Source: an uncultured bacterium (GTDB taxonomy: Bacteria; Patescibacteriota; Minisyncoccia; Phycocordibacterales; PALSA-1337). Taken from it: DNA of 64,000 nt. The DNA lies in contig OY969557.1 in the NCBI GenBank assembly GCA_963701025.1, positions 368,622-432,621 on the forward strand. The letters are read 5' to 3'. The notes below the pieces were generated by a model. That model did not search any database, was not told the DNA's origin, and saw only the letters and a program-made list of their open reading frames with translations. Position numbers and translations under genes: made by a program. This document shows, one piece after another, positions 49,171 to 58,839 of the stretch. The first letter of the stretch is position 1; each line of letters begins with the position of its first letter.

Positions 49171-49194
49171 ACCCCAAGCCGAATTGCTTGGGGT
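49171..49194 (-). terminator. Hairpin downstream of the DGR target (terminator or retrohoming stem-loop)
   Basis: accccaagc-N6-gcttggggt, 9-bp stem about 100 nt after the VR. Confidence 0.5.
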
Positions 49195-49290
49195 GAAGTT
49201 ATACGCATATCTTCAAGAGCGTTTGTTTTCTTATCGCAAGGACAAAGGTCAAAGTGACTGAAGCAGTCCACAGTAACCAAGTCCAGAGTG

Positions 49291-49911
49291 CTAACTTGCG
49301 GACACCGCAGCCGGATTGTTGGAGTGCCAGTCGCCGTCGAGCCAGAGGCTGCTCCAAAGACACCTGTCGCCGTGCCAGCTGAGGTAACGGACGTAGAGGT
49401 CGCCGTCAGAGCGGCGGTAAACCGTTCCCCAGAAGAAGATGTAGCGGGTGTTCCCATTGCCATCAACCTTCCAAGAATCCGGAATCAACTGCGGATGCTC
49501 ACGGAGGTAATCCAGAACATTGGCGTTCAGCACCGGTTGCTTCGACACTTCCTTGCGGAGGTCGTTGCCCTCGATGCGTCCACCTTTCTTCTGCGGCTTC
49601 GACAAGTAGAAGTCAATCTTCTTGCCGTCGAGGTAGAGGTCGGCTCCCCGGCGTTCGAGCTTGGCAACCTTGCCCTTCTGGTGTTCTTCCACCTTCCAGC
49701 CGTCAGGCAGAAAGGGGTCGGCACCGAGGTCAATTGCATACTCGACGGGCTTGATTTCATACAAGCCGAGTTTTACGCCCCTCACTTGGCCGAGGAAATC
49801 CCCGACGGTGAGCGCTTTGACTTCTTCCAATGATTGGAAACCGTTGCGGTTGAATGCGTGTTCCAGCTCTTGAGCCAGACCGACACCGAGTGTTAACCTG
49901 TTATTATCCAT
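49291..49911 (-). CDS. DGR target protein with C-terminal variable region (likely C-type-lectin-like fold)
   Basis: 206 aa from MDNN; ends YRRSDGDLYVRYLSWHGDRCLWSSLWLDGDWHSNNPAAVSAS. Confidence 0.9.
   Translation of the reverse strand: MDNNRLTLGVGLAQELEHAFNRNGFQSLEEVKALTVGDFLGQVRGVKLGLYEIKPVEYAIDLGADPFLPDGWKVEEHQKGKVAKLERRGADLYLDGKKIDFYLSKPQKKGGRIEGNDLRKEVSKQPVLNANVLDYLREHPQLIPDSWKVDGNGNTRYIFFWGTVYRRSDGDLYVRYLSWHGDRCLWSSLWLDGDWHSNNPAAVSAS
49296..49419 (-). repeat. DGR variable repeat (VR)
   Basis: 13 mismatches to TR, 12 at TR adenines. Confidence 0.95.
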
Positions 49912-50098
49912 AACGTGTTCTTTCTCTGTTTCGTGGACATGTCCTTTTCGAGGACTGGTCCAAGCTGTTGGGCTCAAGCTTCGTGCTTTTGCCACAGCAG
50001 AGAATGGCCTATAAATAAGCCGCTTTCTGCCGTGGCAAACGCAAGTTAGGCTATCAAGGAGCTTTACTCTGCCATTATACTACCAATTAGTACCAATG

Positions 50099-50650
50099 TC
50101 AATAGCGTGCAAATATGGCCCTAAATAGGGTCATAATCAAACTGAACAGCCACGCTACACCGACCGTCAATTCCAAATTCCCTTCCCTCTTTTCCGCTTC
50201 ACGGAGCGAACGGGCGGCAAGGACAAAGCCGGATGTCGAGGATGCCTGCCACGGCACGATGATCGCGGCGAAGCGCAGGCCGGAAGCGGTCTGCCAGGTG
50301 ACGCGATCTTCGCCGTGAGCTCTGACATAATCAAAAACACCGACCGGAGGCATAGGCAACTCGTTCCCTGCTCTCATCGATGATTCGAGCACAGTACCCC
50401 TGTCATCGAAGACCATGACGAACGGCGCCAAGCTTTTTGAAGCATCGATAACATGCCTGTCCGCCGGCATGAGAGATGCCGGCGCGGCGCCTACCGAAAG
50501 AGCGCGGGCCGCGTCTTCGGCGAGCTGTATTTGCGGATCATTGGCGGACTGTCGCAGGTCCTGTTGGACGGCGGCGTATATCGTGACAAAAATGACCGTT
50601 ATGACGGCCCCTGCGAGCAGAAATCTGACAAGCGGGATGAACCTTTGCAT
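50099..50650 (-). CDS. Two-TM membrane protein with extracytoplasmic domain
   Basis: QQDLRQSANDPQIQLAED, RVTWQ, AARSLRE. Confidence 0.75.
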   Translation of the reverse strand: MQRFIPLVRFLLAGAVITVIFVTIYAAVQQDLRQSANDPQIQLAEDAARALSVGAAPASLMPADRHVIDASKSLAPFVMVFDDRGTVLESSMRAGNELPMPPVGVFDYVRAHGEDRVTWQTASGLRFAAIIVPWQASSTSGFVLAARSLREAEKREGNLELTVGVAWLFSLIMTLFRAIFARY

Positions 50651-50724
50651 GCCGTAATTATATGCTATGATGGCCCGGAACGCACTCTGAAAAGTGCGAG
50701 GATTAACCCAAAGGAGGACCTCAA

Positions 50725-51525
50725 ATGCATGGACGAATATGGATGTTCTGTATTTTTGTTGTTTTATTTTGCGAACCGGCACGGACGCAGACGATAACCC
50801 TGAATAGCACGAATGAGGCTGTCGGATGGGCCGCGTATCCCCGGGAATTGGAGATTCGAGCTACGACTGCGTATCTCGACCGGTTCGGGTATCAGACAGC
50901 GATCGGCTGGACGCGGCTGGCTGAGATCGATAGATATGAGATACACGCTCATGTCGCTTCGGCGGGAAAAGACGTCATGCGCCGCTCCGTCATCTACAGT
51001 TTACGCGAGACCGCGGCGAACATGCCCATCGCTCTAGGGTGGCACGATTGGGCAGAAAATCTGTTCGCCGGAACAGTCGGCAATACGATCGAAGGAGACG
51101 TCAATACGCTCTCTCCCTTACCATCTTCCGCCGAAGCTTCATATTGGAAACAGATGAAGTCGGATGGGAGCCTGTCATACGGCCTCCGACCGTTCGAGGG
51201 CAATCCGTACGGTTATATCGGCACGCAATGGGGACACTGGAGAGGCAATCCTGCCGCCGTGACCCTGGTACGTTGGCATTACGACCCGATCCGGATAGCG
51301 TCGACGATCGACGGACAGATATCATTCCCCTTGCCGTACGGATCGCAGTTGAGCATCGGCACGTCATTCCGACCGGAACGCATTGGATCGAGCGATCTCA
51401 ATCCCGGCGTATCGATACGATGGGTATGGTCGTTCAAGACGGTGGCTATGGATGGCAATTGCTTCGTCGGTACGATCATAGACGGGGACTCGAGGATCGA
51501 CTGCGGATTCATCATTCACTTCTGA
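50725..51525 (+). CDS. Secreted hypothetical protein
   Basis: Signal-like N-terminus, beta-rich C-terminal half, followed by a terminator. Confidence 0.6.
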   Translation: MHGRIWMFCIFVVLFCEPARTQTITLNSTNEAVGWAAYPRELEIRATTAYLDRFGYQTAIGWTRLAEIDRYEIHAHVASAGKDVMRRSVIYSLRETAANMPIALGWHDWAENLFAGTVGNTIEGDVNTLSPLPSSAEASYWKQMKSDGSLSYGLRPFEGNPYGYIGTQWGHWRGNPAAVTLVRWHYDPIRIASTIDGQISFPLPYGSQLSIGTSFRPERIGSSDLNPGVSIRWVWSFKTVAMDGNCFVGTIIDGDSRIDCGFIIHF

Positions 51526-51561
51526 CGCGACACGGCTTCAATGAGACACTACTTTAACGCG

Positions 51562-51591
51562 ACGCGGCTCTCTCGGAGGGCCGTGTTTTTT
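51562..51591 (+). terminator. Intrinsic terminator
   Basis: acgcggctctc-tcg-gagggccgtgtttttt. Confidence 0.7.
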
Positions 51592-51623
51592 ATTGCCTAT
51601 TTTTTACCGTATTTCGCAGGCCG

Positions 51624-52970
51624 CTAGTGGAGCTTGGTGATATCCCTTGGGTAGACGGCGTCAAGAGTCCAGTCGATGGCGATGCGCAGACGTTTTTTCC
51701 ATGAAAAGAACTTGAAGAGATAGACCGTGCGCCACAGCCACCACGAAAGCTTACCGGCGATCTTCAAGGAGAAGATCTCGCCTACGGCGAACCAAGACCC
51801 GACCGAGACCATGGACCCTTTCGAATGATAATGGAATGCCTTGAGAGGCTTTTTGTTGAGCGAGGCGCGTATATTTCTGGCGACGACGCGAGCTTGGCCG
51901 ACGACGACCTGGGCGAGCATTGGCATAGGCGGCGGGGCGGCACTACCAGGATTTCCATCGTGCGCCGCGAGGGAGTGGGTATCGGTGTACGCCGCCATGT
52001 CTCCAAGAGCGAATACATGACGGTCATCAGGAAGCATGAAATGCTCGTCTACCGCCAGTCGGCCGGACGTGAGAGCCGGCGCGTCACCTTCGAAATACGG
52101 CATGGACGGCTTGACTCCCGCAGCCCAGATGACGGTGGCGGACGGTACCGTCGTGTTATTAGAGAGGGACAATCCATGAGTACTGACCGCCGTCACCGTG
52201 CTTCCCAGATATATTTGAACGCCGCTATGGCGCAGGCGCTTCTCGGCGGCAACCCGCAGGGACGGAGCGAACATCTGGAGAAGCTCCGGACCGGTATGGA
52301 TGAGCGACACGGTCGGCTCTTCGGGAGAACATCGATGCGGGTCGTCTGGATGGCAGTCGGTGTCGTTGTAATAGCGCTTGACCAGGCCTGCTACGAAGTC
52401 GGCGATCTCGGCCGCCGTCTCGACGCCGGTCGCTCCGCCGCCGACGATCGAGAACGAGAGCAAGCGGGCACGCACGGCCGGATCGTCGCACAGGATGGCT
52501 TCTTCGAAGGAATCTATGATGCGATCCCTGATGGCCGAGGCGTCAGCGAGCGTCTTCAACGGATAGGTGAATATGTCCGCGCCGGGAATATTGTAATAGT
52601 TCGTGACCGCGCCGGTAGCTATAACCAAGAAATCGTATTTTATATCGTGCGTCGGCCGGTGATGCGTCTCTTCGCTGTTGATGCCGCCCAAGACATGGAT
52701 GGTCTTTGCGGTCCGATCTATGGCATCAACGGTTCCCTGGACTATTCTGACGCCGCTATGGGCGAAAATCTCACGGATAGGCTCGGCTACCGAGGCCGGC
52801 GCGAGCGAGCCGGTGGCCACTTCATGGAGGAGCGGAGTGAAGAGGAAATAGTTCGCCTCATTGACGATGGTCAGGTCTATGGCCCCTTTTTTGGCCAGAC
52901 GCTTGAGATGGCGAGCTACGTACATGCCGCCGAATCCGGCGCCGAGGATGACGATATGGGGGCGGAGCAT
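51624..52970 (-). CDS. Type II NADH dehydrogenase-like FAD oxidoreductase
   Basis: GAGFGG, FTPLL.EVATG, GGGATGVE, WAAG, GD. Confidence 0.92.
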   Translation of the reverse strand: MLRPHIVILGAGFGGMYVARHLKRLAKKGAIDLTIVNEANYFLFTPLLHEVATGSLAPASVAEPIREIFAHSGVRIVQGTVDAIDRTAKTIHVLGGINSEETHHRPTHDIKYDFLVIATGAVTNYYNIPGADIFTYPLKTLADASAIRDRIIDSFEEAILCDDPAVRARLLSFSIVGGGATGVETAAEIADFVAGLVKRYYNDTDCHPDDPHRCSPEEPTVSLIHTGPELLQMFAPSLRVAAEKRLRHSGVQIYLGSTVTAVSTHGLSLSNNTTVPSATVIWAAGVKPSMPYFEGDAPALTSGRLAVDEHFMLPDDRHVFALGDMAAYTDTHSLAAHDGNPGSAAPPPMPMLAQVVVGQARVVARNIRASLNKKPLKAFHYHSKGSMVSVGSWFAVGEIFSLKIAGKLSWWLWRTVYLFKFFSWKKRLRIAIDWTLDAVYPRDITKLH

Positions 52971-53005
52971 GGGGATATTATAATTCCTAATTTCTAATTG
53001 ACCTA

Positions 53006-53794
53006 TTATATATTCGCAAAGTGTATGGCTATGTACAAGATACCGGCTCCCAGTAGCGTCATGGCCGTGGTCATGAACTTCGGATGGGCGTGGTGGCTCT
53101 CCGGTATGAGGTCGGAAGCGCCGATGTAGAGGAAGAAGCCGGAAAAGATGGCGAGGATGATCGATAAGCCTTGTTCCGGCACGGTGAAGAAGAGAGTCGA
53201 AGCGGCTCCGAGGACTGGGGCGGCCGCATCCACCATGAGCCATTTGAATGCGCGCTTTTTGCTACCGGGGTCGCCGGTTGTCGCGTTCTTCAATATGAGA
53301 TTGACCGTATTGATGCCGTCGGAGAAATCGTGGACAAGGACGGCGACGGCTACGATAGCTCCGATAGCAGCGGATACTTGGAACGCCAGACCTATGGCCA
53401 CTCCGTCGAGGAAGCTGTGAAATGAGAGGCTGCCTGCCCCGAGAATGCCGCGGCGGCGCTGATGCGGCCGGGTGTGGTTATGATCATCGGCTCCTATATG
53501 CATCTCGTCGCCGTGATCATCAGGATCATCATGGGCATGCGCATGAAGAAATATGACACGGTCAAGAACGAGATATGCCAGAAATCCTAGAGCTACAATG
53601 GCAGGCACCGTGGCCGTACCCCAATATTTGCCGCCGATATCGATGGCTTCCGGCATGAGGTCGAAGAAAGCCACGGCTATGACCGCGCCGGCCGAGAAGC
53701 CGAGGACCAGATGGAGCTTGTCTTTGAGCCGCAGGGCCACGAGGCCTCCGAGGAGAGTGGCGACGAACGCGGCGAAGGCTATGAGGAGGATCAT
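53006..53794 (-). CDS. ZIP-family metal transporter
   Basis: His-rich loop, HSFLDG, HDFSDG, DLIPE. Confidence 0.9.
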   Translation of the reverse strand: MILLIAFAAFVATLLGGLVALRLKDKLHLVLGFSAGAVIAVAFFDLMPEAIDIGGKYWGTATVPAIVALGFLAYLVLDRVIFLHAHAHDDPDDHGDEMHIGADDHNHTRPHQRRRGILGAGSLSFHSFLDGVAIGLAFQVSAAIGAIVAVAVLVHDFSDGINTVNLILKNATTGDPGSKKRAFKWLMVDAAAPVLGAASTLFFTVPEQGLSIILAIFSGFFLYIGASDLIPESHHAHPKFMTTAMTLLGAGILYIAIHFANI

Positions 53795-53912
53795 GATGGA
53801 CAATGATACATCTTTAACCTCACATTGACAAAACCAGCAGGCGGAGTAGTCTTTCCTCTGGACTGTTCGAAACGATTGAAACAAGAAACACGATTGAAAC
53901 GAAAAATAAATC

Positions 53913-54407
53913 ATGAAAACGAAAACGACCCCCTCTCGCAGGAAAAAACCGGTAGCAGTATCGTCGGCCGACAAGACAATGGCCGTGACAACGACAGTAT
54001 CAGCCGCTCCGCCGCTGGTGCTGCTCCCTCCCCTGACTACCTATGCCGAACCGTGCATCATCGAATTTGAAGGCGTGGCCGGCGATACCGTGTCGAAGTT
54101 TGAAGGAAGCCATCCCATCGCAAAGCTTCTCGCAATGGCATATGCCGAATTGACAGGCGCCAGCGTAACCTGCAACCCCAATGACGCTTTCGAGCTGATC
54201 AGCTACGATCCTTCCTTGCACTACATCAAGGCTCGAAGGAAGGCTGGCGTGCCGGTCATGGCACAAAAAGTGCCGACCGCGCATGCCGGAGATTTCGGCG
54301 CCAACGCACCTCTTTGGAAAAGCAGGGTGGCACATTCGTCTTTGCTTCCACTGCAACGCGTGGAACGGCCATGTGAAGTCCCCAGACACTCGTCTGCGGC
54401 GTGGTAA
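53913..54407 (+). CDS. Hypothetical protein (3' end may be frameshifted)
   Basis: ORF after a TTGACA promoter and A-rich leader; hairpin terminator near 54447-54482. Confidence 0.45.
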   Translation: MKTKTTPSRRKKPVAVSSADKTMAVTTTVSAAPPLVLLPPLTTYAEPCIIEFEGVAGDTVSKFEGSHPIAKLLAMAYAELTGASVTCNPNDAFELISYDPSLHYIKARRKAGVPVMAQKVPTAHAGDFGANAPLWKSRVAHSSLLPLQRVERPCEVPRHSSAAW

Positions 54408-54505
54408 ATGTCCCGAAACAAATAATTTTCGTAATTTCATTCGTATTACTCCGGATCCGTTTCGTCCGGGGTATTTTTATTTCGGCAAAAGATCGTCTGC
54501 CATGC

Positions 54506-55744
54506 CTATTCATACCGGAGCGCCTCGATCGGGCTCTTCTTTGAAGCCTGCCTGGCCGGATAACCGCCGAAGACGAGACCGATGACCGCGGAGACGGAAA
54601 GCCCCAGGATAGCGCCCGACCACGGGAAGACGAACTGCCAGTTTATGGCCAAGAAATGCGACAGGGCGAAAGCGATGATGAAGGCGAGAGACGCGCCGAG
54701 GATGATGCCCACCAAGCCGCCGATGACCGTCAGCAGGACTGCTTCGAGGAGGAATTGGGAGAGTATGTCTTTGTCCTTTGCTCCGAGAGCCTTGCGCAGG
54801 CCGATCTCGCGGGTGCGCTCGGTCACCGAGACGAGCATGATATTCATGATGCCGACGCCGCCGACGAAGAGAGCTATGGAAGCCACGGCCACCAGGAAAT
54901 AGGTCAAGGCGCTGGTGATGGTGCCGAGGGTATTAGCCAAGCTTTGCTGGGTCTGGACGGTGAAGTCATCCTTGGTCGGATCGGTGATATTGTGGGACTC
55001 CTCGAGAGTCAGCTTGATGTCCTCTGCCGTGGCCGGAACGGCCGCGTCTGAAGACGCTTGGGTGATGATGCGGTTGTAGAATTTCTGGCCGGTGACATAG
55101 GTCATGGCGGTGGTATACGGCATGATGACCATGCCGTCGAAATCAAAGAGCGTGCCGCCGCCGGATTTCGGCAAAACAGCCTCGATCCGGAAATTATGGC
55201 CTTTGATGTTGATACTTTGATTGAGGGGATCCTGGGTGTCGAAGAGATATTTGGCCACGTCGGAGCCGATGACGATGTTGCTCGTCATGGAGTCGACGTC
55301 GCTCTGGTCGAAGAACTGCCCTTCCGCAGGTACCAGGTTGAATATGCTCGCCATGAGGTCAGTGGCCCCGAACACGGTGACCTGATAGGTATTGGAACCA
55401 TATGAAGCGGGATCGGAGCCGATGACGACGGGCATGAGAGATACAAGATCCGGCACGTTCGATTTGTTGAGGAGGGCCGTCACGTCTTTCGGTTTAAGGG
55501 AGTCGCTATAGAGAGCGGAGACATTCGATGGGCTAGTCGAGATTTGGCCAGGGATTATGGCGATGGTATTCGTGCCGAGACCTTGCACTTCGCCGAGGAT
55601 AAGATTCTGCGCGCCGGCACCGAGCGAGACCACCAACATGATGGCCGTGATGCCGATGACGATGCCGAGGATAGTCAAAAACGAACGCGAACGGTTCGTG
55701 GTCAGCCCGGTCAGAGATGTTTTGAATAAATGTCGGTAGGTCAT
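54506..55744 (-). CDS. MacB/FtsX-family ABC permease
   Basis: LTILGIVIG, GGVGIMNIM, ERTREIG, PIEALRYE. Confidence 0.95.
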   Translation of the reverse strand: MTYRHLFKTSLTGLTTNRSRSFLTILGIVIGITAIMLVVSLGAGAQNLILGEVQGLGTNTIAIIPGQISTSPSNVSALYSDSLKPKDVTALLNKSNVPDLVSLMPVVIGSDPASYGSNTYQVTVFGATDLMASIFNLVPAEGQFFDQSDVDSMTSNIVIGSDVAKYLFDTQDPLNQSINIKGHNFRIEAVLPKSGGGTLFDFDGMVIMPYTTAMTYVTGQKFYNRIITQASSDAAVPATAEDIKLTLEESHNITDPTKDDFTVQTQQSLANTLGTITSALTYFLVAVASIALFVGGVGIMNIMLVSVTERTREIGLRKALGAKDKDILSQFLLEAVLLTVIGGLVGIILGASLAFIIAFALSHFLAINWQFVFPWSGAILGLSVSAVIGLVFGGYPARQASKKSPIEALRYE

Positions 55745-55745
55745 G

Positions 55746-56465
55746 TTATTTCTTGAACTCATCGTTGGCTGTCAGGCGATCCTTCACTTTCACATCGCTC
55801 TCTATCTCTCCGTCCATGAGACGGATGATGCGCTCTGCGTGCTCGGCCGTGGAGGTCTCATGAGTGATGAGGACGATGGTCTTGCCGTGCTCAACGTTCA
55901 GGCGCTGGATGATGCCCATGACGTTCTTTCCCGACTTGGAATCGAGGTTTCCCGTCGGCTCGTCGGCGAATATGACTTCCGGATCGGTGACGAGGGCGCG
56001 GGCTATGGCCACTCTCTGGCGTTCGCCGCCGGAAAGCTCCGCCTGCTTGTGGTCCATGCGATTGCCCAGGCCGACCGACTCGACGGCGGCGCGCGCTTTT
56101 GCATCCCATTCATGTTCTGGTATGTCCGAATAATAAAGCGGCAATTTCACGTTTTCCAATACGGTCGTGCGCGACAATAGGTTGAAAGCCTGGAAAATGA
56201 AGCCGACCTCGCGGTTTCGCAAGAGGGCCAGCTCATCACCGGAAAATGAAGTCACGTTCTTGCCGTTGAAGTGATACGAGCCTGACGTCGGCTCGTCGAG
56301 AAGCCCGAGAAGATGCAGAAGTGTCGATTTGCCCGAGCCGGAAGGACCCATGATGGCCAGGAACTCCCCTTTCCGCACGTCGAAAGTCACGCCCGCCAGA
56401 GCAACGGTCGCCTCAAGGCCGTCGTGATATGACTTCTTCAGGTTCTTGACGGAGATGATGTTCAT
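55746..56465 (-). CDS. ABC ATP-binding protein (MacB/LolD-like)
   Basis: [25 protein letters not shown]; start placed at MNIIS. Confidence 0.93.
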   Translation of the reverse strand: MNIISVKNLKKSYHDGLEATVALAGVTFDVRKGEFLAIMGPSGSGKSTLLHLLGLLDEPTSGSYHFNGKNVTSFSGDELALLRNREVGFIFQAFNLLSRTTVLENVKLPLYYSDIPEHEWDAKARAAVESVGLGNRMDHKQAELSGGERQRVAIARALVTDPEVIFADEPTGNLDSKSGKNVMGIIQRLNVEHGKTIVLITHETSTAEHAERIIRLMDGEIESDVKVKDRLTANDEFKK

Positions 56466-56663
56466 TGGAAATTGAGAATTGTGATTGAAAGATTGGAGAT
56501 CATTTTTTTCTACCTTTGTGTGAGAGGACGCTCTCTTGAGCTGATCGACGAATACAAAATCACGCTTAAGTTTTTCATTCGTCTTGATAAGATCGAAAGT
56601 CTTCTTGAAGAACACGCGGGCTTCTTGCCAAACGGGAATGTCTTCAAATTTGGAATAAGCCAT
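56466..56663 (-). pseudogene. Truncated four-helix-bundle (23S rRNA IVP-like) gene flanked by heptamer repeats
   Basis: KFEDIPVWQEAR...DQLKRASS then breaks off; flanks aattgagaattgtgattgaaagattg and ttcaattatcaatt. Confidence 0.7.
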
Positions 56664-56693
56664 GACAATTCTTTAATCCCTAATATTCAATTA

Positions 56694-58178
56694 TCAATTA
56701 CCCACATACGTCACCACCTTATCTCCAGGATTCAGGCCTGATGTTATCTCGATGGTGCCGTCGGAGCCCTTGAGGCCGGTCATGACCGGCACGGGCGAGT
56801 AGCTTTTGCCATCCGCGCTTACGAGGCGCACGGTCGTGGAAGTAGCGGTGACGGTGAGGGCGCGATATGGTATCTCGATGACACCAGCGGCCATATGGGT
56901 CAATATCTCGAGATTGGCGGTCATGCCGGAACGGATACGGGCATCAGGTGTGACGAACTGCAGAGTGACTTTATAGGTAGGCACGCCTTCGAGGACAGTC
57001 TCGGCGGGGTCTATCATGACGACCTTGGACGGAAAATCGGTATATGAGCCGTAAGCGTCGAGAGTGGTCGATGCCAAATCGCCGACGGCCACCTTGGCGA
57101 TATCGGCCTCCGGCACATAGGCCTCTATCTTGAAGCCGCTATTCTGCACCGCGAAACCACCCTGACCAGCCGAAGCGAACTCGCCGACATTCGGATCTTC
57201 CTGCGTGACGATGCCGTCGATAGGCGATGTGATGGTGTCTTCGGCGAGGACCGCCCGGGCTTGGGCGACTTTGGCCGCTTGGGCGGCGATGGACTGGTCG
57301 GAATTACCAGCGAGCTTAAGGTCATAGTTCGACTGGGCGGTTTGCAGCGCAGTCTGTGCCGATGTGACCGAGTCGATGGCGGCGTTCAGGGCGGAAAGGC
57401 CGTTATTCATGGATGTCACGTCCGCGTCTATGGCCGGCTGGGTCAGGCCTGAATTTCCCGGGTTCAAGGCATTGACGATGACGGACAGGTCGTTCATGAA
57501 ACTTTTTATCGTCGCAAGGAATCGGCTCGCGTCGGAAGCAAGGGTGCTCGGATCGCTCGAGCTCGCCGCGGCCAATTCCACGGACCACTTGTTCAGTGTA
57601 TCCGAAACGGAGACGCGCTCGTTATCGATGGCGAGTTGTGTCATAGCCGACTGGGTGCGGACGTTGATAACCGGATTGGCGCTCTGGGGATTGGTGAAGA
57701 ATATATCGGTATAATTGACCAAGGCGCCTTGGGCTTTAACATAGCCGTCATGGGCGGCATTCACTGCACTGCTCTCGGCGCTGGCCAAGGCTGTCTGCTG
57801 GACCGATAGCTCCTCCGGCGTAAGCGAGCGTGACATATCGGCGAGCGTCGCCTGGGCGGAGGCCAAGGCGGCCGCGTCCTGGGCGCTGTCGAGCGAGGCG
57901 ACAGGTTGGCCGGCATTGACGGCATCGCCTACCTTGACATAGACACGCGATATGACGCCGCTCTTCTCGAAAGCAAGATCGGCTTTGTCGACCGGCGATA
58001 CCGAGCCGGTGACGGACACTTGCTCTATGACATTGCCAACAGTAGCCGCTGTAGAAGTGAAATTCGACGGCTTATTGGCGTTCTTGTAGATGGAGTAGAT
58101 GATTATAGCCGCGATGATGACGATGACAGCTATGACCCATTTATTTTTTAGAAAGCGAAAAATAGAGCGTTTTTTCAT
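56694..58178 (-). CDS. MacA/HlyD-like adaptor (membrane fusion protein)
   Basis: VKVGDAV, ITSPIDG, EADIAKV, RSGMTAN. Confidence 0.88.
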   Translation of the reverse strand: MKKRSIFRFLKNKWVIAVIVIIAAIIIYSIYKNANKPSNFTSTAATVGNVIEQVSVTGSVSPVDKADLAFEKSGVISRVYVKVGDAVNAGQPVASLDSAQDAAALASAQATLADMSRSLTPEELSVQQTALASAESSAVNAAHDGYVKAQGALVNYTDIFFTNPQSANPVINVRTQSAMTQLAIDNERVSVSDTLNKWSVELAAASSSDPSTLASDASRFLATIKSFMNDLSVIVNALNPGNSGLTQPAIDADVTSMNNGLSALNAAIDSVTSAQTALQTAQSNYDLKLAGNSDQSIAAQAAKVAQARAVLAEDTITSPIDGIVTQEDPNVGEFASAGQGGFAVQNSGFKIEAYVPEADIAKVAVGDLASTTLDAYGSYTDFPSKVVMIDPAETVLEGVPTYKVTLQFVTPDARIRSGMTANLEILTHMAAGVIEIPYRALTVTATSTTVRLVSADGKSYSPVPVMTGLKGSDGTIEITSGLNPGDKVVTYVGN

Positions 58179-58242
58179 GGGAATATTATAGCATACGCAT
58201 GGCAGGAGACGGACGATTCGTCCGTATATTTCAGTCGCGCGC

Positions 58243-58821
58243 TCAATATTTCCTCACCACTCCCCTGACGATGGCCGCCACGCGCAGGCTCTCCTCCGGA
58301 TATATCGGTTTGTATTTTTTATTCGCCGGCTCCAGGAAAACAGCCGCGCCCTTTTTCCTGAAATATTTCATCGTCCAACCGCCGTCAACTTCGGCAATGA
58401 CGATATCGCCGTCTTTGGCTTGGCGCGAATCGTCACCTGTGCGCTCTGCTATAACCAAGTCGCCTTCATTTATCCCGGCGTCAATCATTGAATCGCCTTT
58501 CACCTCAAGAAGATATGTCTTGTCTTTATCGTTTATCAGATATTCGTCAATGCTCATAGTGTCGAGAACCGACTCTTCCGCGACTGAAGGAATGCCAGCT
58601 TCAACCAAGCCGAGGATCGGCACTTCGCCGACGAGCTTATTCGGTATCAATCGGCCGCTGGAATCTTTGGTCACCACGCCTTCGCCGATCAATTTATTGA
58701 TCAATTTGTAGACGGCATTCTTGGATTTGAAGCCGAGCATGTCCATGATCTCCGCGTAAGCTGGCATGCGCCGGTTATTCCGGTAGAAAGCGAGGATTTT
58801 CTTTTTATATGATTCGTACAT
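58243..58821 (-). CDS. lexA: LexA repressor
   Basis: N-terminal wHTH, VEAG cleavage site, GDSM Ser, TMKY Lys. Confidence 0.88.
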   Translation of the reverse strand: MYESYKKKILAFYRNNRRMPAYAEIMDMLGFKSKNAVYKLINKLIGEGVVTKDSSGRLIPNKLVGEVPILGLVEAGIPSVAEESVLDTMSIDEYLINDKDKTYLLEVKGDSMIDAGINEGDLVIAERTGDDSRQAKDGDIVIAEVDGGWTMKYFRKKGAAVFLEPANKKYKPIYPEESLRVAAIVRGVVRKY

Positions 58822-58839
58822 GGATCTAGTATAGCGCGG

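Larger units (their letters stand above)
47358..49911. mobile_element. Diversity-generating retroelement (target/VR - TR - avd - RT)
   Basis: All four components lie within 2.6 kb; TR/VR differences are adenine-specific. Confidence 0.95.

Noticed and set aside
49256-49268. gactg-aag-cagtc as the DGR retrohoming hairpin
   Set aside because: Only 5 bp; too weak to call without comparative data.
49288-49833. Plus-strand ORF over the DGR target, and the minus-strand ORF 48448-48834
   Set aside because: Antisense by-products of the target and avd genes.
49291-50049. 10-bp inverted repeat (ctaacttgcg / cgcaagttag) bracketing the DGR target as an inversion site
   Set aside because: Only 10 bp, does not extend, and there is no recombinase nearby; could be chance.
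54283-54585. Separate Cys-containing gene
   Set aside because: Overlaps the upstream ORF, a terminator and the convergent permease; at most a frameshifted tail of 53913-54407.
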